Assembly (NCBI GenBank): GCA_019058315.1
Contig: JAHPZH010000003.1
Span: 588,451-652,450 of the forward strand
DNA: 64,000 bases
From: Candidatus Helarchaeota archaeon
Lineage (GTDB): Archaea > Asgardarchaeota > Lokiarchaeia > Helarchaeales > RDOG01
Reading direction: 5' to 3'
Below the pieces are notes generated by a model. That model was not told the DNA's origin. It saw nothing but the letters and a program-made list of their open reading frames with translations, and searched no databases. The position numbers and the translations under genes are program-made. Numbering within the stretch: the stretch's first letter is position 1; each line of letters begins with the position of its first letter. Below are positions 30,129-40,482 of this stretch, piece after piece.

Positions 30129-33100
30129 ATGGCAAGTCATAGTATAGCAGAAGATGTTGAAGCACAAGATATGATAAAAGAAGTAAAGCCGAATATGACT
30201 AGAATTGAAAAATTAAATGCTTTTGCAAAGGAATTAATAATTCGTAAAGGTTACATCCCTCTAAATAGCGAATATTTTACGTCCCTACGCCACACAAAAT
30301 TATATTATCGACCTATTTATTTCTATCCCGCACCAGGAGAAAAAATCTGTGTTATTGATATATTGCTCCCCCATGGTACTTTAAAGGATAAAAGCCAACT
30401 TATTACTCAATTAGAATTGCTCAATAAAGAATGTAAGGAAATCCGTTCGATTTTATTGCAAGAATATCAGAATTGCCCAAAAGTATTTAATGATCAACAA
30501 TTCGGTTATGACGAATTTGGATTTATTCCTAAGAGATCTAAATTAGTTCCCTTATATGGTGAGTCATTACAAGTAGTATTTTCGGTAAAACCCATCATTT
30601 TAACAATTAAAGGCAAACCAGAATATGATATTCAGAGAGATTCGAGAGTAGATATTGTTCCAATTGAAAAAATTCAATGGTATTTAAATCAGTGGAGAAA
30701 TGAGGTAGTTGAACTAGCTAAAAAGGCATATAATATTAAGAAATTTAAACACTTTGAAGCACAAGACACTTTTGAAAAGTGGACATTGTTATTCTTGATG
30801 TTATATATGATACCCGTTGAATTAAACAACTTTCTCCAGTGGAATCTATGGTTTCTATCATTTTATTTCTTTCTTGCTGTTGCACTTTCAGTGGGTATTT
30901 CTAATTTTCCTCATAATTATCTTAGATATAAAAAATTCTCTAAATTATGCCGGGAAGAAATAATATCCTCTAAATGGGTAGATCAAAGCAGTTTTTTGAA
31001 ACCATTCCTCACTCGTTCAAAACAGCTATTGGTCCAACCCCTGGAAAATAAGCAAGGTGTAAATCAAAAGGTATATTCACAAAATAGAGATGAGATTAAA
31101 CCACTATTCTCAAAATCTCCTACCACAAATTCGATGAATACTATAGGAACAACAGTTAAGACATCAAGACCGGTAGAGAGCAGGGGGGAGATTAGAGAAG
31201 ATACCAATACTAAAGTTGTCCCGGAGGAATTAGTGCCAGACACTCCTTTAATAAAACCTTCTGGACCAAGAGGCATTAAAACCTTATTACTGAGGAAGTC
31301 GAAATCTAATGTCAATATTGAAATTTACAAGGAACAACTTGGTGATCTTTATTCTAAATTAAAAACAACTACAGACTTTGAAGTTTTTAGAATTACAGCA
31401 TTGAGAATTATCACCTTAATTCTTACTTGCGAATGGTTTAAGCGGACTGGCACTCCTCCTGTAAATATCAGGATTAGAGAGGTCTCAAATGATAGGATTG
31501 ACCACTTTCGACAAGCCGAAAACTTACTAACTCAATTTCTAGAACGGCTCCCTGATGCTATTAATATTGATGAGGTGTACCGCTTTGCTACTATAATAAA
31601 TATGGGTCAGATGAATCAAAAAATGATAGATCATGTTGAATGGAAGATAGAGGATTGGCTTTTAGATTATAAGCTTTTACCAGCTAATAAAATGAAAGTT
31701 TTACAAGCTAACCATTCTAAAATAACATCAGCTCCCGAAAGGATTGTGAGAAATTACACTGATAAGGTGGATTCAACTTTATCTAAGTTTAAAACTATAG
31801 ATTTGGAACGAAAAATGTCCCCTAAGCAGGAGGATAAGCCGGAGATTCCCGAAAAACCAAAGATTACCAATAAACCAAATACAGAGAAACTTCCAGAAAG
31901 GCGAATTGAAAGGAGACCTTTTACCTCACCAACCAGAAAAGAACAGTCAAATATTGTGGAAGAAGAAAAAAGCCTTGATACTATTATAAATGAAGCAAAA
32001 GGACACAGACCCCTCTTGACTATTGGAGAAGAGGTATTGGATTATTATAGGTTTAATTATATAACAAAAGATGTAGGTTACAACTCATATGGAACACCTG
32101 TATGCGTATTAGCTTATGATTCAAGGATCCACACAGATAAACCACTTCAAGAATTCAAGGAAATCGCAAAACAAATGTCCAATTTTGCATCCTATGTCTA
32201 TTTTGATTATGCTAACGTAAAACAAGAGATTTCTACAAACACAGAATTTGAACCATTATTAGAACCTAGACTCTGGATTAGGGACAAAAGCTTGGGTATT
32301 GATAAAAATTTCAAATTTTCTCCCTCAGCCATGGCAAATTTTCTTTCGGGAGTTCGAAGGAAATTGCGAAATAAAGATGCTCCAGACCCTTCTTTTGATG
32401 AAAGTGTAAATGGTGAGGTTCATGAATTTGAACAAGTGGAAGAGGATGATCAATTATCTCCCGAGGATTTGGAACATATTAATATTGATGCAGATCTCCC
32501 CGAAAGCGTAAAACAAGCTGCTAGAGTCTATGAGACTGAAGAACACACCGAACCTGTTGATGCTGTAATGCAGGAATTAGAAGAATTTGAAAAAGACGCT
32601 AGATTAGATAATTCTTTAATAGACCAAGAAATAGTCGTCCGTCACGAGACCCCATTTTTACAAAAAGAACTTTTCAAAACTGCAAAAAATAAAGGAAATG
32701 GAATTATTATAGACTCAAATAACTTTCTACATTCATTTTTACCAGAAATAAATATAATTAAGAAGGATTATGGATATATTCCCGATTATTATTTAATGCA
32801 TGTCTTTGATTTCTTATATAGAAAATTGGATGAATGGGGTTTTGGCCCTATAATCTTCTATACCGACCCTGATTTCTACATATATTTATTACCAGAACCC
32901 CAAAAAAGCAGAAAAATTGCTCATTTTAAAACAAAAGAAAAGTATCTATATTATCAAGCTTCAACAGAAGAGTCAAATTATTTCGAACATCAGCGCAAAT
33001 TGGGTCTTTTTAGGCAAGTTGAAAAAGGTGGGGATACAGACATGGAGATTTTGGTTGAAGGTTCCACTCATGATTATAAAATTTTAACTAACGACCAATT

Positions 33101-34133
33101 TAACCAGTCCAGATACGACCAATTTTGGGAATATGTCGCAAGTAACAGGCTTACATTCAAAATTGACAAATCTGCAATGACCATTTATGATTCAAAAAAT
33201 AATCAAATGGGAGAGCCATTATTTCTTATCAAACTTCCCGGAGATATTAAGGAAAAAGTATCTTCAATAGTTAAGACTAAGGCAGACATTCATCCACAGA
33301 TAAGAAGATTGACATCAGAAAATGCGAAAGAAATAACAAACGGTCTTGCAAAGGGGTATAGAGCTAATATTCTTGAAAAGCTCTCTATACACCCGATGAA
33401 CACATTGGAATTACAAAAATCCATTAATGGAAAAAATGAAGTAATCTCAATAGCAATTAAGGCATTAGCTGATGAAAATAAAATTGTCAGAATCGGATCA
33501 AAGTGGACAATAAACACATCAACCAGTTTACCACATCATGAGATAAGTAATTTTGAGACTTCAGTAATCGAAATCGTTTTTGGAGCATTTCATGCAAAAA
33601 TTGGACCGATTATTTTGTTTCCAACATGTAGCGAATGTTTAGACAAGTTCAATAAGGATAAGAACACAATTGATAGTATTTCCGAATTTGATTTACGACA
33701 CCATTTGAAATTGACTAATTGTAAATGCCCATTACCTAAAACAGGAATCCCTCGAGATGTAGTTAGAACACAACATTTAAACATCACGCTAAATTCTAAA
33801 GGGTTCCAAACTAGTGAGGGAGAGCATACCTTTCTATCATATAGATGGAGTAAAAAGGTAACCGACTCAGCAAGACAAGAATTAAGCTGGGCTATCTTGA
33901 TATATGTAAATCCAAAAAATCCAGTTTATAATATTGAAAGGGAGTTAATTAGAGATTTCTTATGGAGTTATGATTTTAACATAGATGAGGGCATAAGAAG
34001 TTTAGTCGAGCAAGGATTTAAGGGGGCAGAACTTGACGAGAAATTTTATGATCTAATGTACGAATATTTGATGAATTTCATTGATGATCTTACAAAAAGA
34101 ATTCATCACACATTAAATGAGTTAAAGGAGTGA
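30129..34133 (+). CDS. Multidomain membrane protein: two TMs, NYN/Regnase-like PIN RNase, wHTH, C-terminal longin/uDENN-like domain
   Basis: IIIDSNN...DTDMEIL...ILTNDQF; IVFGAFHAKIGPIILF...DSAR...AILIYV. Confidence 0.65.
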   Translation: MASHSIAEDVEAQDMIKEVKPNMTRIEKLNAFAKELIIRKGYIPLNSEYFTSLRHTKLYYRPIYFYPAPGEKICVIDILLPHGTLKDKSQLITQLELLNKECKEIRSILLQEYQNCPKVFNDQQFGYDEFGFIPKRSKLVPLYGESLQVVFSVKPIILTIKGKPEYDIQRDSRVDIVPIEKIQWYLNQWRNEVVELAKKAYNIKKFKHFEAQDTFEKWTLLFLMLYMIPVELNNFLQWNLWFLSFYFFLAVALSVGISNFPHNYLRYKKFSKLCREEIISSKWVDQSSFLKPFLTRSKQLLVQPLENKQGVNQKVYSQNRDEIKPLFSKSPTTNSMNTIGTTVKTSRPVESRGEIREDTNTKVVPEELVPDTPLIKPSGPRGIKTLLLRKSKSNVNIEIYKEQLGDLYSKLKTTTDFEVFRITALRIITLILTCEWFKRTGTPPVNIRIREVSNDRIDHFRQAENLLTQFLERLPDAINIDEVYRFATIINMGQMNQKMIDHVEWKIEDWLLDYKLLPANKMKVLQANHSKITSAPERIVRNYTDKVDSTLSKFKTIDLERKMSPKQEDKPEIPEKPKITNKPNTEKLPERRIERRPFTSPTRKEQSNIVEEEKSLDTIINEAKGHRPLLTIGEEVLDYYRFNYITKDVGYNSYGTPVCVLAYDSRIHTDKPLQEFKEIAKQMSNFASYVYFDYANVKQEISTNTEFEPLLEPRLWIRDKSLGIDKNFKFSPSAMANFLSGVRRKLRNKDAPDPSFDESVNGEVHEFEQVEEDDQLSPEDLEHINIDADLPESVKQAARVYETEEHTEPVDAVMQELEEFEKDARLDNSLIDQEIVVRHETPFLQKELFKTAKNKGNGIIIDSNNFLHSFLPEINIIKKDYGYIPDYYLMHVFDFLYRKLDEWGFGPIIFYTDPDFYIYLLPEPQKSRKIAHFKTKEKYLYYQASTEESNYFEHQRKLGLFRQVEKGGDTDMEILVEGSTHDYKILTNDQFNQSRYDQFWEYVASNRLTFKIDKSAMTIYDSKNNQMGEPLFLIKLPGDIKEKVSSIVKTKADIHPQIRRLTSENAKEITNGLAKGYRANILEKLSIHPMNTLELQKSINGKNEVISIAIKALADENKIVRIGSKWTINTSTSLPHHEISNFETSVIEIVFGAFHAKIGPIILFPTCSECLDKFNKDKNTIDSISEFDLRHHLKLTNCKCPLPKTGIPRDVVRTQHLNITLNSKGFQTSEGEHTFLSYRWSKKVTDSARQELSWAILIYVNPKNPVYNIERELIRDFLWSYDFNIDEGIRSLVEQGFKGAELDEKFYDLMYEYLMNFIDDLTKRIHHTLNELKE

Positions 34134-34139
34134 GTTAAT

Positions 34140-35204
34140 ATGAGCACAAATACGGACTATAAGTTGATTATATGTGGAATCTCAGGAGTTGGCAAGACCA
34201 GCATAGAACGCCATTTCTTTCATGGGAGAACCTATAATGAAATTGAAAATATGAATTTGGGACCTACTAAAGATGTTTTTTATTTTACTGAAAAACCCTT
34301 CAAACTCGGTTCTATGACAATACGTGCAGTTGATACAGGAGGCCAAAAATTGCTCCGTAAAAAACTTCATGGAGAAATGGAAGATTTATGCTGGATTGGG
34401 ACAGATGCATGTATTTACGTTATAGATATGGCTAGTGACATTATCAAATACGAAGAAATGTTACTTGAAAATGAAACATTGCCAGATAATTTTATTTGGA
34501 AACGGTTGGATGAGGCAAAAGAAGAACTAAAAAAAGTCCTTAATTCGTTAGTTAAATTCACTGTCCCTACTTCTAAGGTTAGGTTGATCATCCTACTTCA
34601 TAAATGGGATATATTGAAAGATTTTCCAAGAGATGTACAAGAAGAATGGCGACAGTGGTTACAAGACGAATTGGCGAAAATTGAAGATGAATGCCAATTT
34701 AACATACTTAATGGGAATAATGGTAGTAAAATTGAATTCTTAGGCTTTCACACCACTTCAATAATGGATAATAGTTGTAAGGCTGCTATTCGTAAAATTT
34801 TACCCCCACAAGAACAGTTGAAAAGGATACTAAGAGGATTTGTCGATAATTGTAAGGACCTTAAAGCAGACCAGGTCTACATAGCAGCTTTAAACGAGGA
34901 CGGTCTGGAAATTGAAAGCATACAATTTCCATCTATGATGGATACAGAACATTATTATGAAAATATCATAAGGTATTGTGTCCCTACTCTAAATCTACAG
35001 GAAAAATTTAAGTCAAATAGCATCATATCACTCTGTTTATTGAAAGAACCAGACCTACTATTGGCAGTTCAGCCCATATCAAAGGAAATTTCTGTTGTTG
35101 TTGTCACCGACATAACAGATTTAAATAAACTCAGAATTGTCATGGAGAGACTTAATGAAACACTTCGACATGTAAATAACATCATCAATATTTATTTTCA
35201 ATAG
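34140..35204 (+). CDS. Rag/Gtr-like small GTPase with C-terminal roadblock-like domain
   Basis: GISGVGKTS, LGPT, DTGGQ, LHKWD (His-type G4 as in Rags), TSIMD. Confidence 0.82.
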   Translation: MSTNTDYKLIICGISGVGKTSIERHFFHGRTYNEIENMNLGPTKDVFYFTEKPFKLGSMTIRAVDTGGQKLLRKKLHGEMEDLCWIGTDACIYVIDMASDIIKYEEMLLENETLPDNFIWKRLDEAKEELKKVLNSLVKFTVPTSKVRLIILLHKWDILKDFPRDVQEEWRQWLQDELAKIEDECQFNILNGNNGSKIEFLGFHTTSIMDNSCKAAIRKILPPQEQLKRILRGFVDNCKDLKADQVYIAALNEDGLEIESIQFPSMMDTEHYYENIIRYCVPTLNLQEKFKSNSIISLCLLKEPDLLLAVQPISKEISVVVVTDITDLNKLRIVMERLNETLRHVNNIINIYFQ

Positions 35205-35236
35205 AGGATGAAGGTTATATTACTGGGGATAATTAA

Positions 35237-37210
35237 ATGACTAGTGTTTTTTCTAAATTACCTTTTGAAGTGGAAAAATTCTTCCCCTTTGAAAAACTAA
35301 GACCTGGACAATCAATGTTGGCTAAAGAAATTTATTATAGTGTCCTTTCTAGAAAAAATGTGGTCATTGAAGCATCAAATGGTCTGGGCAAGACAATTAC
35401 TTCATTAATAGCCCTCCTTCCGATAGTGGAAAAGGAAAATAAAACTTTAATCTACTGCACTAGAACACATAGCCAAATGGAAAGGGTGCTGGAAGAACTT
35501 AATCGCATTCGTCAAGTAAAAAAATGGAAAATTACGGGAGTAAGTTTACAAGGCAGAACCGAAATGTGCATTAATCCCCAAATTCAATTAGCAGCTTTAA
35601 ATACCGCTGATGCCATGAATCTTTGTTCCACACTTCGTAAAAATAAGAATTGTCCTTGGTTTGAAAATTTGAAAAATAGCTCTGTATTGATCAATAAATT
35701 ACGGGGGTTTCCAATTTCCGCAGCACAAATGATCAATATTGGGAGAAAATTTAATATATGCCCATATTTTCTAGCACGGACTTTAATAAAACAGGCTCAT
35801 ATAGTTGTAACAACCTATTTATATATAATACATCCTGCAATACGCCAAATTTTCCTAAACGATATTGAAGTTCCCCTTTCTGAATGTATACTATTATTCG
35901 ATGAAAGCCATAATTTGCATGATCTAGTAATGCAGATGGCATCGGATTATGTTTCAAAGATCTCCTTGGAAAGAGCTTTAAGCGAATTTCATAATTACAT
36001 GTTCAGTAACGATACTGTTGAAGAATTTTTAACAAGATTCCATCGTTTACTTGAAGATAAAGGTTCATTCTATAAAGGTAATTATGGAGAAGAAGAATTT
36101 CCCGTTGGTAAAAGGGAGATTAAGGAAATTCTTAATCAATATAGTGATAATCATTTGGAACTAGCTGAATTAATAATCCAATTCGGAAAATCAGTTCGCA
36201 ATAAAAGAATGAAAGCGGGACATCCCTCAAGATCTTCCCTCTACAAATTCGGTCAGTTTCTTATCACGTTAATACAGACTATTGATGATAAAAAGTTTCT
36301 ACATGAATATGCTTACTCAGGATCTAAAAAGAAGTTAAAAATAAAATATTATATAAAATGTTTGGATGCAAGACCATTATTAAATGAATTAGCAGAAGCA
36401 AGGGCAATAGTTTGTCTTTCAGGGACACTGGAACCTATTGATGCCTATTTAGATCTATGTGGTTTTTCTAGATTTACTACTACTTCAAAAGTTCTTCCTT
36501 CACCCTTTCCAGCAAATCATCTTTTAATAATAACTGTTCAAAGTGTTGATACAAAGTATTATAACAGGACTCCAAGCAATTATAAGATGTTCAAAGAACG
36601 CTGCATAGAGGTTGTGAAAAATACCCCTAATAACACGGGTATTTTTTGTGCTTCCTACGGAGTCTTAGAGGGAGTGTTAAATGCCGGTCTATATGATGAC
36701 GTTGAGACTCTAGGGAAAGAATTATTCATTGAACAAGCGGATTTAACGAGTAAGGATAATGAGTTAATGATCCAAAATTATAAAGAAATTGGACGAAATG
36801 GAGGCAGTGCAGTGTTAGCTGGTGTGTGTGGAGGTCGAAATTCCGAAGGTGTCGACTTTCCAGGACCAGAGATGAATTCGGTTGTTATAGTGGGACTTCC
36901 ACTCGCTAAACCTACATATACATTGGAAGCATTGCAGAAATATTATCAGGAACAATTTGGAGGGGATAAAGGAAGAGAATATGGTTATTACTTGCCAGCA
37001 TTAAGAAAGTCAAACCAAGCGGCTGGTAGACCCGTTAGGAGGTTGATAGATAAGGGTGCAATTGTTTTTTTGGATGAGCGATATGCATTTCCCTATTACA
37101 AACGTTATTTATCTTGTTGGATTCGAGATTCTATGATTACAATCTTGAACCAAAAAGGAATTCTAGAAGAAGAAATAAAGAATTTTTATCAGAATAGAAA
37201 TTACTTGTAA
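35237..37210 (+). CDS. xpd: XPD/Rad3-family Fe-S DNA helicase
   Basis: RPGQ, SNGLGKT, RTHSQ, four Fe-S Cys ending ICPYF, DESHN, SGTL, SEGVDF, QAAGR. Confidence 0.93.
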   Translation: MTSVFSKLPFEVEKFFPFEKLRPGQSMLAKEIYYSVLSRKNVVIEASNGLGKTITSLIALLPIVEKENKTLIYCTRTHSQMERVLEELNRIRQVKKWKITGVSLQGRTEMCINPQIQLAALNTADAMNLCSTLRKNKNCPWFENLKNSSVLINKLRGFPISAAQMINIGRKFNICPYFLARTLIKQAHIVVTTYLYIIHPAIRQIFLNDIEVPLSECILLFDESHNLHDLVMQMASDYVSKISLERALSEFHNYMFSNDTVEEFLTRFHRLLEDKGSFYKGNYGEEEFPVGKREIKEILNQYSDNHLELAELIIQFGKSVRNKRMKAGHPSRSSLYKFGQFLITLIQTIDDKKFLHEYAYSGSKKKLKIKYYIKCLDARPLLNELAEARAIVCLSGTLEPIDAYLDLCGFSRFTTTSKVLPSPFPANHLLIITVQSVDTKYYNRTPSNYKMFKERCIEVVKNTPNNTGIFCASYGVLEGVLNAGLYDDVETLGKELFIEQADLTSKDNELMIQNYKEIGRNGGSAVLAGVCGGRNSEGVDFPGPEMNSVVIVGLPLAKPTYTLEALQKYYQEQFGGDKGREYGYYLPALRKSNQAAGRPVRRLIDKGAIVFLDERYAFPYYKRYLSCWIRDSMITILNQKGILEEEIKNFYQNRNYL

Positions 37211-37372
37211 TACTGTAACATATTTAGTTAACCCATGGAGAATATCCTTAAGGGTAATAATCTTCAAAATTTCATGAAGACTTAGTAGATTCTTCTTTCT
37301 AATTTAAAATAAATTTTTTAACTTGTAATAGATCTTAAATCAAAAAATTTGTAAAAATATATTTTTTAAATT

Positions 37373-38542
37373 CTACTCTTTTAAAGCTCTTAAGATTAGA
37401 TCGGTAATGTCAATTACGTTCAGTGATGTATCTGTCTTTTTGGCAGCATCTTTTAAATTTTTCAAGCAAAAAGGACAGTTTGTTGTAAGAATATCAGCAT
37501 TAATCTCTTTAGCTTCTTGAATTCTATCGACTCCAATTTCTAATGCTAATTCGGGAAAACCACTTTTAACACCTCCACCTGCACCACAGCACCAAGTATT
37601 TTCCCTATTTCTTTTCATTTCGATGAGTTTTAACTTAGGAATATTTAGGAGTATATTTCTAGGAGCATCATAAATTCTAGAAGAATGACTAAGATGGCAA
37701 GGATCATGATATGTGACAATTTCATTAGTCTCATTTTCAAATTTTAATTTTCCATCTTTTAATAATTGTTCAATGAATTCTGTAATGTGTAAAATTTTAA
37801 ATGGTAATTCACCAAGTATATCAAAATAGTCATTTTTTATCGTTTTATAGCATCCAGCGCAATGTGTAATTACAATTTTAGCTCCTGCATTTTTTATAGC
37901 TTCCACATTCTGACCTGCCAGTTCTCTCGCTAAAGTTTTTTTGCCAATCCTTAGAGCAATACTTCCACAACATTTTTCATCCTCACCAAGAATTCCGAAT
38001 TCAACATTGGCTTTCTCTAATATTTTAATCACATTATCTATGATACTAGGCATTCTATAACTTCCTGTACATCCAATGAAGAAAATAATTTCGGCATTAT
38101 TTGGAATTTTTTTATCCTTTAACCAATTTATGCGTTCTATATGTTTTTCCATATACGGATTAAATTCTTTTTGACACCAATCCAATATTTCTTTATGCCT
38201 TGGTAAGATATATCCATTTTCTAACAGATCTTCTCGAAATACCTCCCATAATTTTATATGATCTAACCAATAAGAATTTGGTAAATTTATGCAAGGATCA
38301 TAACTGTTATGACAAATTTCTTTACAAGAACCACATGTAGTGCATTTGAAGAAGTTTTCTGCAATTTCTTTACTAAGCTCTAATCTACCTTCAAGTAAAC
38401 CTTCTAATACTCTAAATCTACCTCTCGCATGTGTTGGTTCAAAACCAGCAGTATGTTCATAGATTGGGCAGACACCATATCGTCCTACACTTGGACGGTA
38501 CCCAATTCTGCAGTCTCCAATACCTGAACATGAATATATCAT
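37373..38542 (-). CDS. Fe-S oxidoreductase (GlcF/HdrD-like, CCG domains)
   Basis: CTTCGSC...C, CCGS, YHDPCHL, CCGAGGG, CPFC. Confidence 0.9.
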   Translation of the reverse strand: MIYSCSGIGDCRIGYRPSVGRYGVCPIYEHTAGFEPTHARGRFRVLEGLLEGRLELSKEIAENFFKCTTCGSCKEICHNSYDPCINLPNSYWLDHIKLWEVFREDLLENGYILPRHKEILDWCQKEFNPYMEKHIERINWLKDKKIPNNAEIIFFIGCTGSYRMPSIIDNVIKILEKANVEFGILGEDEKCCGSIALRIGKKTLARELAGQNVEAIKNAGAKIVITHCAGCYKTIKNDYFDILGELPFKILHITEFIEQLLKDGKLKFENETNEIVTYHDPCHLSHSSRIYDAPRNILLNIPKLKLIEMKRNRENTWCCGAGGGVKSGFPELALEIGVDRIQEAKEINADILTTNCPFCLKNLKDAAKKTDTSLNVIDITDLILRALKE

Positions 38543-38587
38543 TTTCTCATATTTTCTTAGATTAATTAATTTATCATTTGGAATTTT

Positions 38588-40093
38588 TTATTCACCATCC
38601 ATCCCTAATTTGTATTTACCAGGAGAAAGAATCCCTTTTGGATCTAAAGTTTGTTTAATATTCTTTAAAAATTCATAAAATTGTTCTGAAAAAGCACCTG
38701 CATTTATTAAAGCTCTTGAATATCTTAAACCTGTCATATATGGCATAAAACCATTTTTTATCAATGCCTCCGAGCAGGAATCCCACAACTCTCCATTTAA
38801 TTTCCTAAATTCAGGTTTATTCCAAACTACTAAACCCATTACAGCATCTATCATTGTGTGTTCAGACAATCCAAAGAAAGTTCCTATTGCTGGAATGGCT
38901 TTTGCGGCATTTATTTTAAGGTCATTATCTTTTACCCAATTAGACATTTCCTTTAAGAGAATCGGATATTGATGCATAGACACATACCCATCTGCAGATT
39001 GACCAACGCTTCCTGGTCCTAATGCACCCCATCCCATATGCGCAAATTGCCAATATCCATTTTTTTCATGTACCCAATTATAAAATTCATTAAAATCAAG
39101 TTCTTCAATTCCATTTTCATTTTTGGTTATTTGGGTAACAATCTTGATGTTTTCTTCTAACTGTGCTTCAGTATCGGCTATAATTGAGTATGAAATAATA
39201 GGTCGTTTCCGTGGATTAATTTCATTTAATTTTTCATAAATCGGTGGTAATTGAGGAAGAATTTTAGTCGATTGAGCAATTACCCAGGAAGAATCAAAAA
39301 ATATCGCTTGATATATTCCTAAATTACTCTTTTTACGACAATTTAAAAATATTTTAAGAGTTTTTTCTACAGGTCTTTTTTTAACAGTAAATGAATGACT
39401 AACTAAATAATTGGGTTTTTTATAAATATTCAATGATGCTTCAGTTTTGATTCCCATTATTCCATTATCGCCTAAAAAAATACCTAACAAATCGGGTCCG
39501 AAACCATGTCTACTGAACGGTTTGGTAATATACTTACTCGCTCCTGAGCCTATTTCTATAATGTCTCCTTTTTTATTTGGTAAAACAACTTTCAATCCCA
39601 CACAATTTTTTGTTACTGGACCATACATTGTACTGCCTTCACCATAACTATTATTACTTAATCCTCCACCAATAACGGCAGACATTCCGCTTTCAGGACC
39701 AATATTTCCTGTATAAAAGCCTCTTTTCATCAAAGAAGTATTCAATTGAGCCCATGTTATTCCACACTGCGCTCTAACGGTCATTATTTCTTCATTTATT
39801 TCTAAAATCTTATCCATTCTCGTTGTATCAATTACAATTCCTCCTGGATTATATGGAACGATACCCTGTAGAAGATCTGCACCTCCTCCTCGCGGAATTA
39901 TTGGAATTCTCTCATTGTATGCAATCTTGACAATTTCAGAGATCTCCTCTGAGCTTTCTGGGCGTACAACAAAATCGGGTCGATTTTCTTCCACTACAGC
40001 ATCTACACCTCTTGAATAACTTTCTCTAATGTATTCTGCATCAGTGACAAATTCAGCTCCAACAATATTTCTTAATGAGCCAAGGATATTCAT
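38588..40093 (-). CDS. FAD-linked oxidase (GlcD/D-lactate dehydrogenase family)
   Basis: PDFVVRP, PRGGG, IGGGLSNN, DPKGILSPGK. Confidence 0.9.
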   Translation of the reverse strand: MNILGSLRNIVGAEFVTDAEYIRESYSRGVDAVVEENRPDFVVRPESSEEISEIVKIAYNERIPIIPRGGGADLLQGIVPYNPGGIVIDTTRMDKILEINEEIMTVRAQCGITWAQLNTSLMKRGFYTGNIGPESGMSAVIGGGLSNNSYGEGSTMYGPVTKNCVGLKVVLPNKKGDIIEIGSGASKYITKPFSRHGFGPDLLGIFLGDNGIMGIKTEASLNIYKKPNYLVSHSFTVKKRPVEKTLKIFLNCRKKSNLGIYQAIFFDSSWVIAQSTKILPQLPPIYEKLNEINPRKRPIISYSIIADTEAQLEENIKIVTQITKNENGIEELDFNEFYNWVHEKNGYWQFAHMGWGALGPGSVGQSADGYVSMHQYPILLKEMSNWVKDNDLKINAAKAIPAIGTFFGLSEHTMIDAVMGLVVWNKPEFRKLNGELWDSCSEALIKNGFMPYMTGLRYSRALINAGAFSEQFYEFLKNIKQTLDPKGILSPGKYKLGMDGE

Positions 40094-40482
40094 AATTATC
40101 TCCTATTTTTAAATTATTTTTTGTTTTATATCATCTGCTTTTTAAAAAATGATGTTATTAAATATTTCTAAAATGGTTTTTAATAAAAAGACTATAACCA
40201 GAAATATTAAGACGAACTTTTAACTTTTTGGTTCGAATCTATATTTGTAGAGAAAGGTTATCGCGGTTTTCCGACAAATTGAAATCTTCTAACTATTTTT
40301 AAACAAAATAATACTTTAATCAACATCTCCTATTTTTTTAATCTTAATCAACTGTTCAAATATTTAAATTCATCAATTAAAAACAGTTTTAAAATCTTTA
40401 ATCGGATTCTTTCTATCTCCATAACCTTTTTAAAGGGTTCATCCTACCCGATGAAAATTATAACCTTTAAATGTAGATTTGT

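Noticed and set aside
37373-40093. GlcD/GlcF-like pair as part of the DNA system
   Set aside because: Ordinary metabolic pair on the opposite strand; more likely an unrelated insertion.
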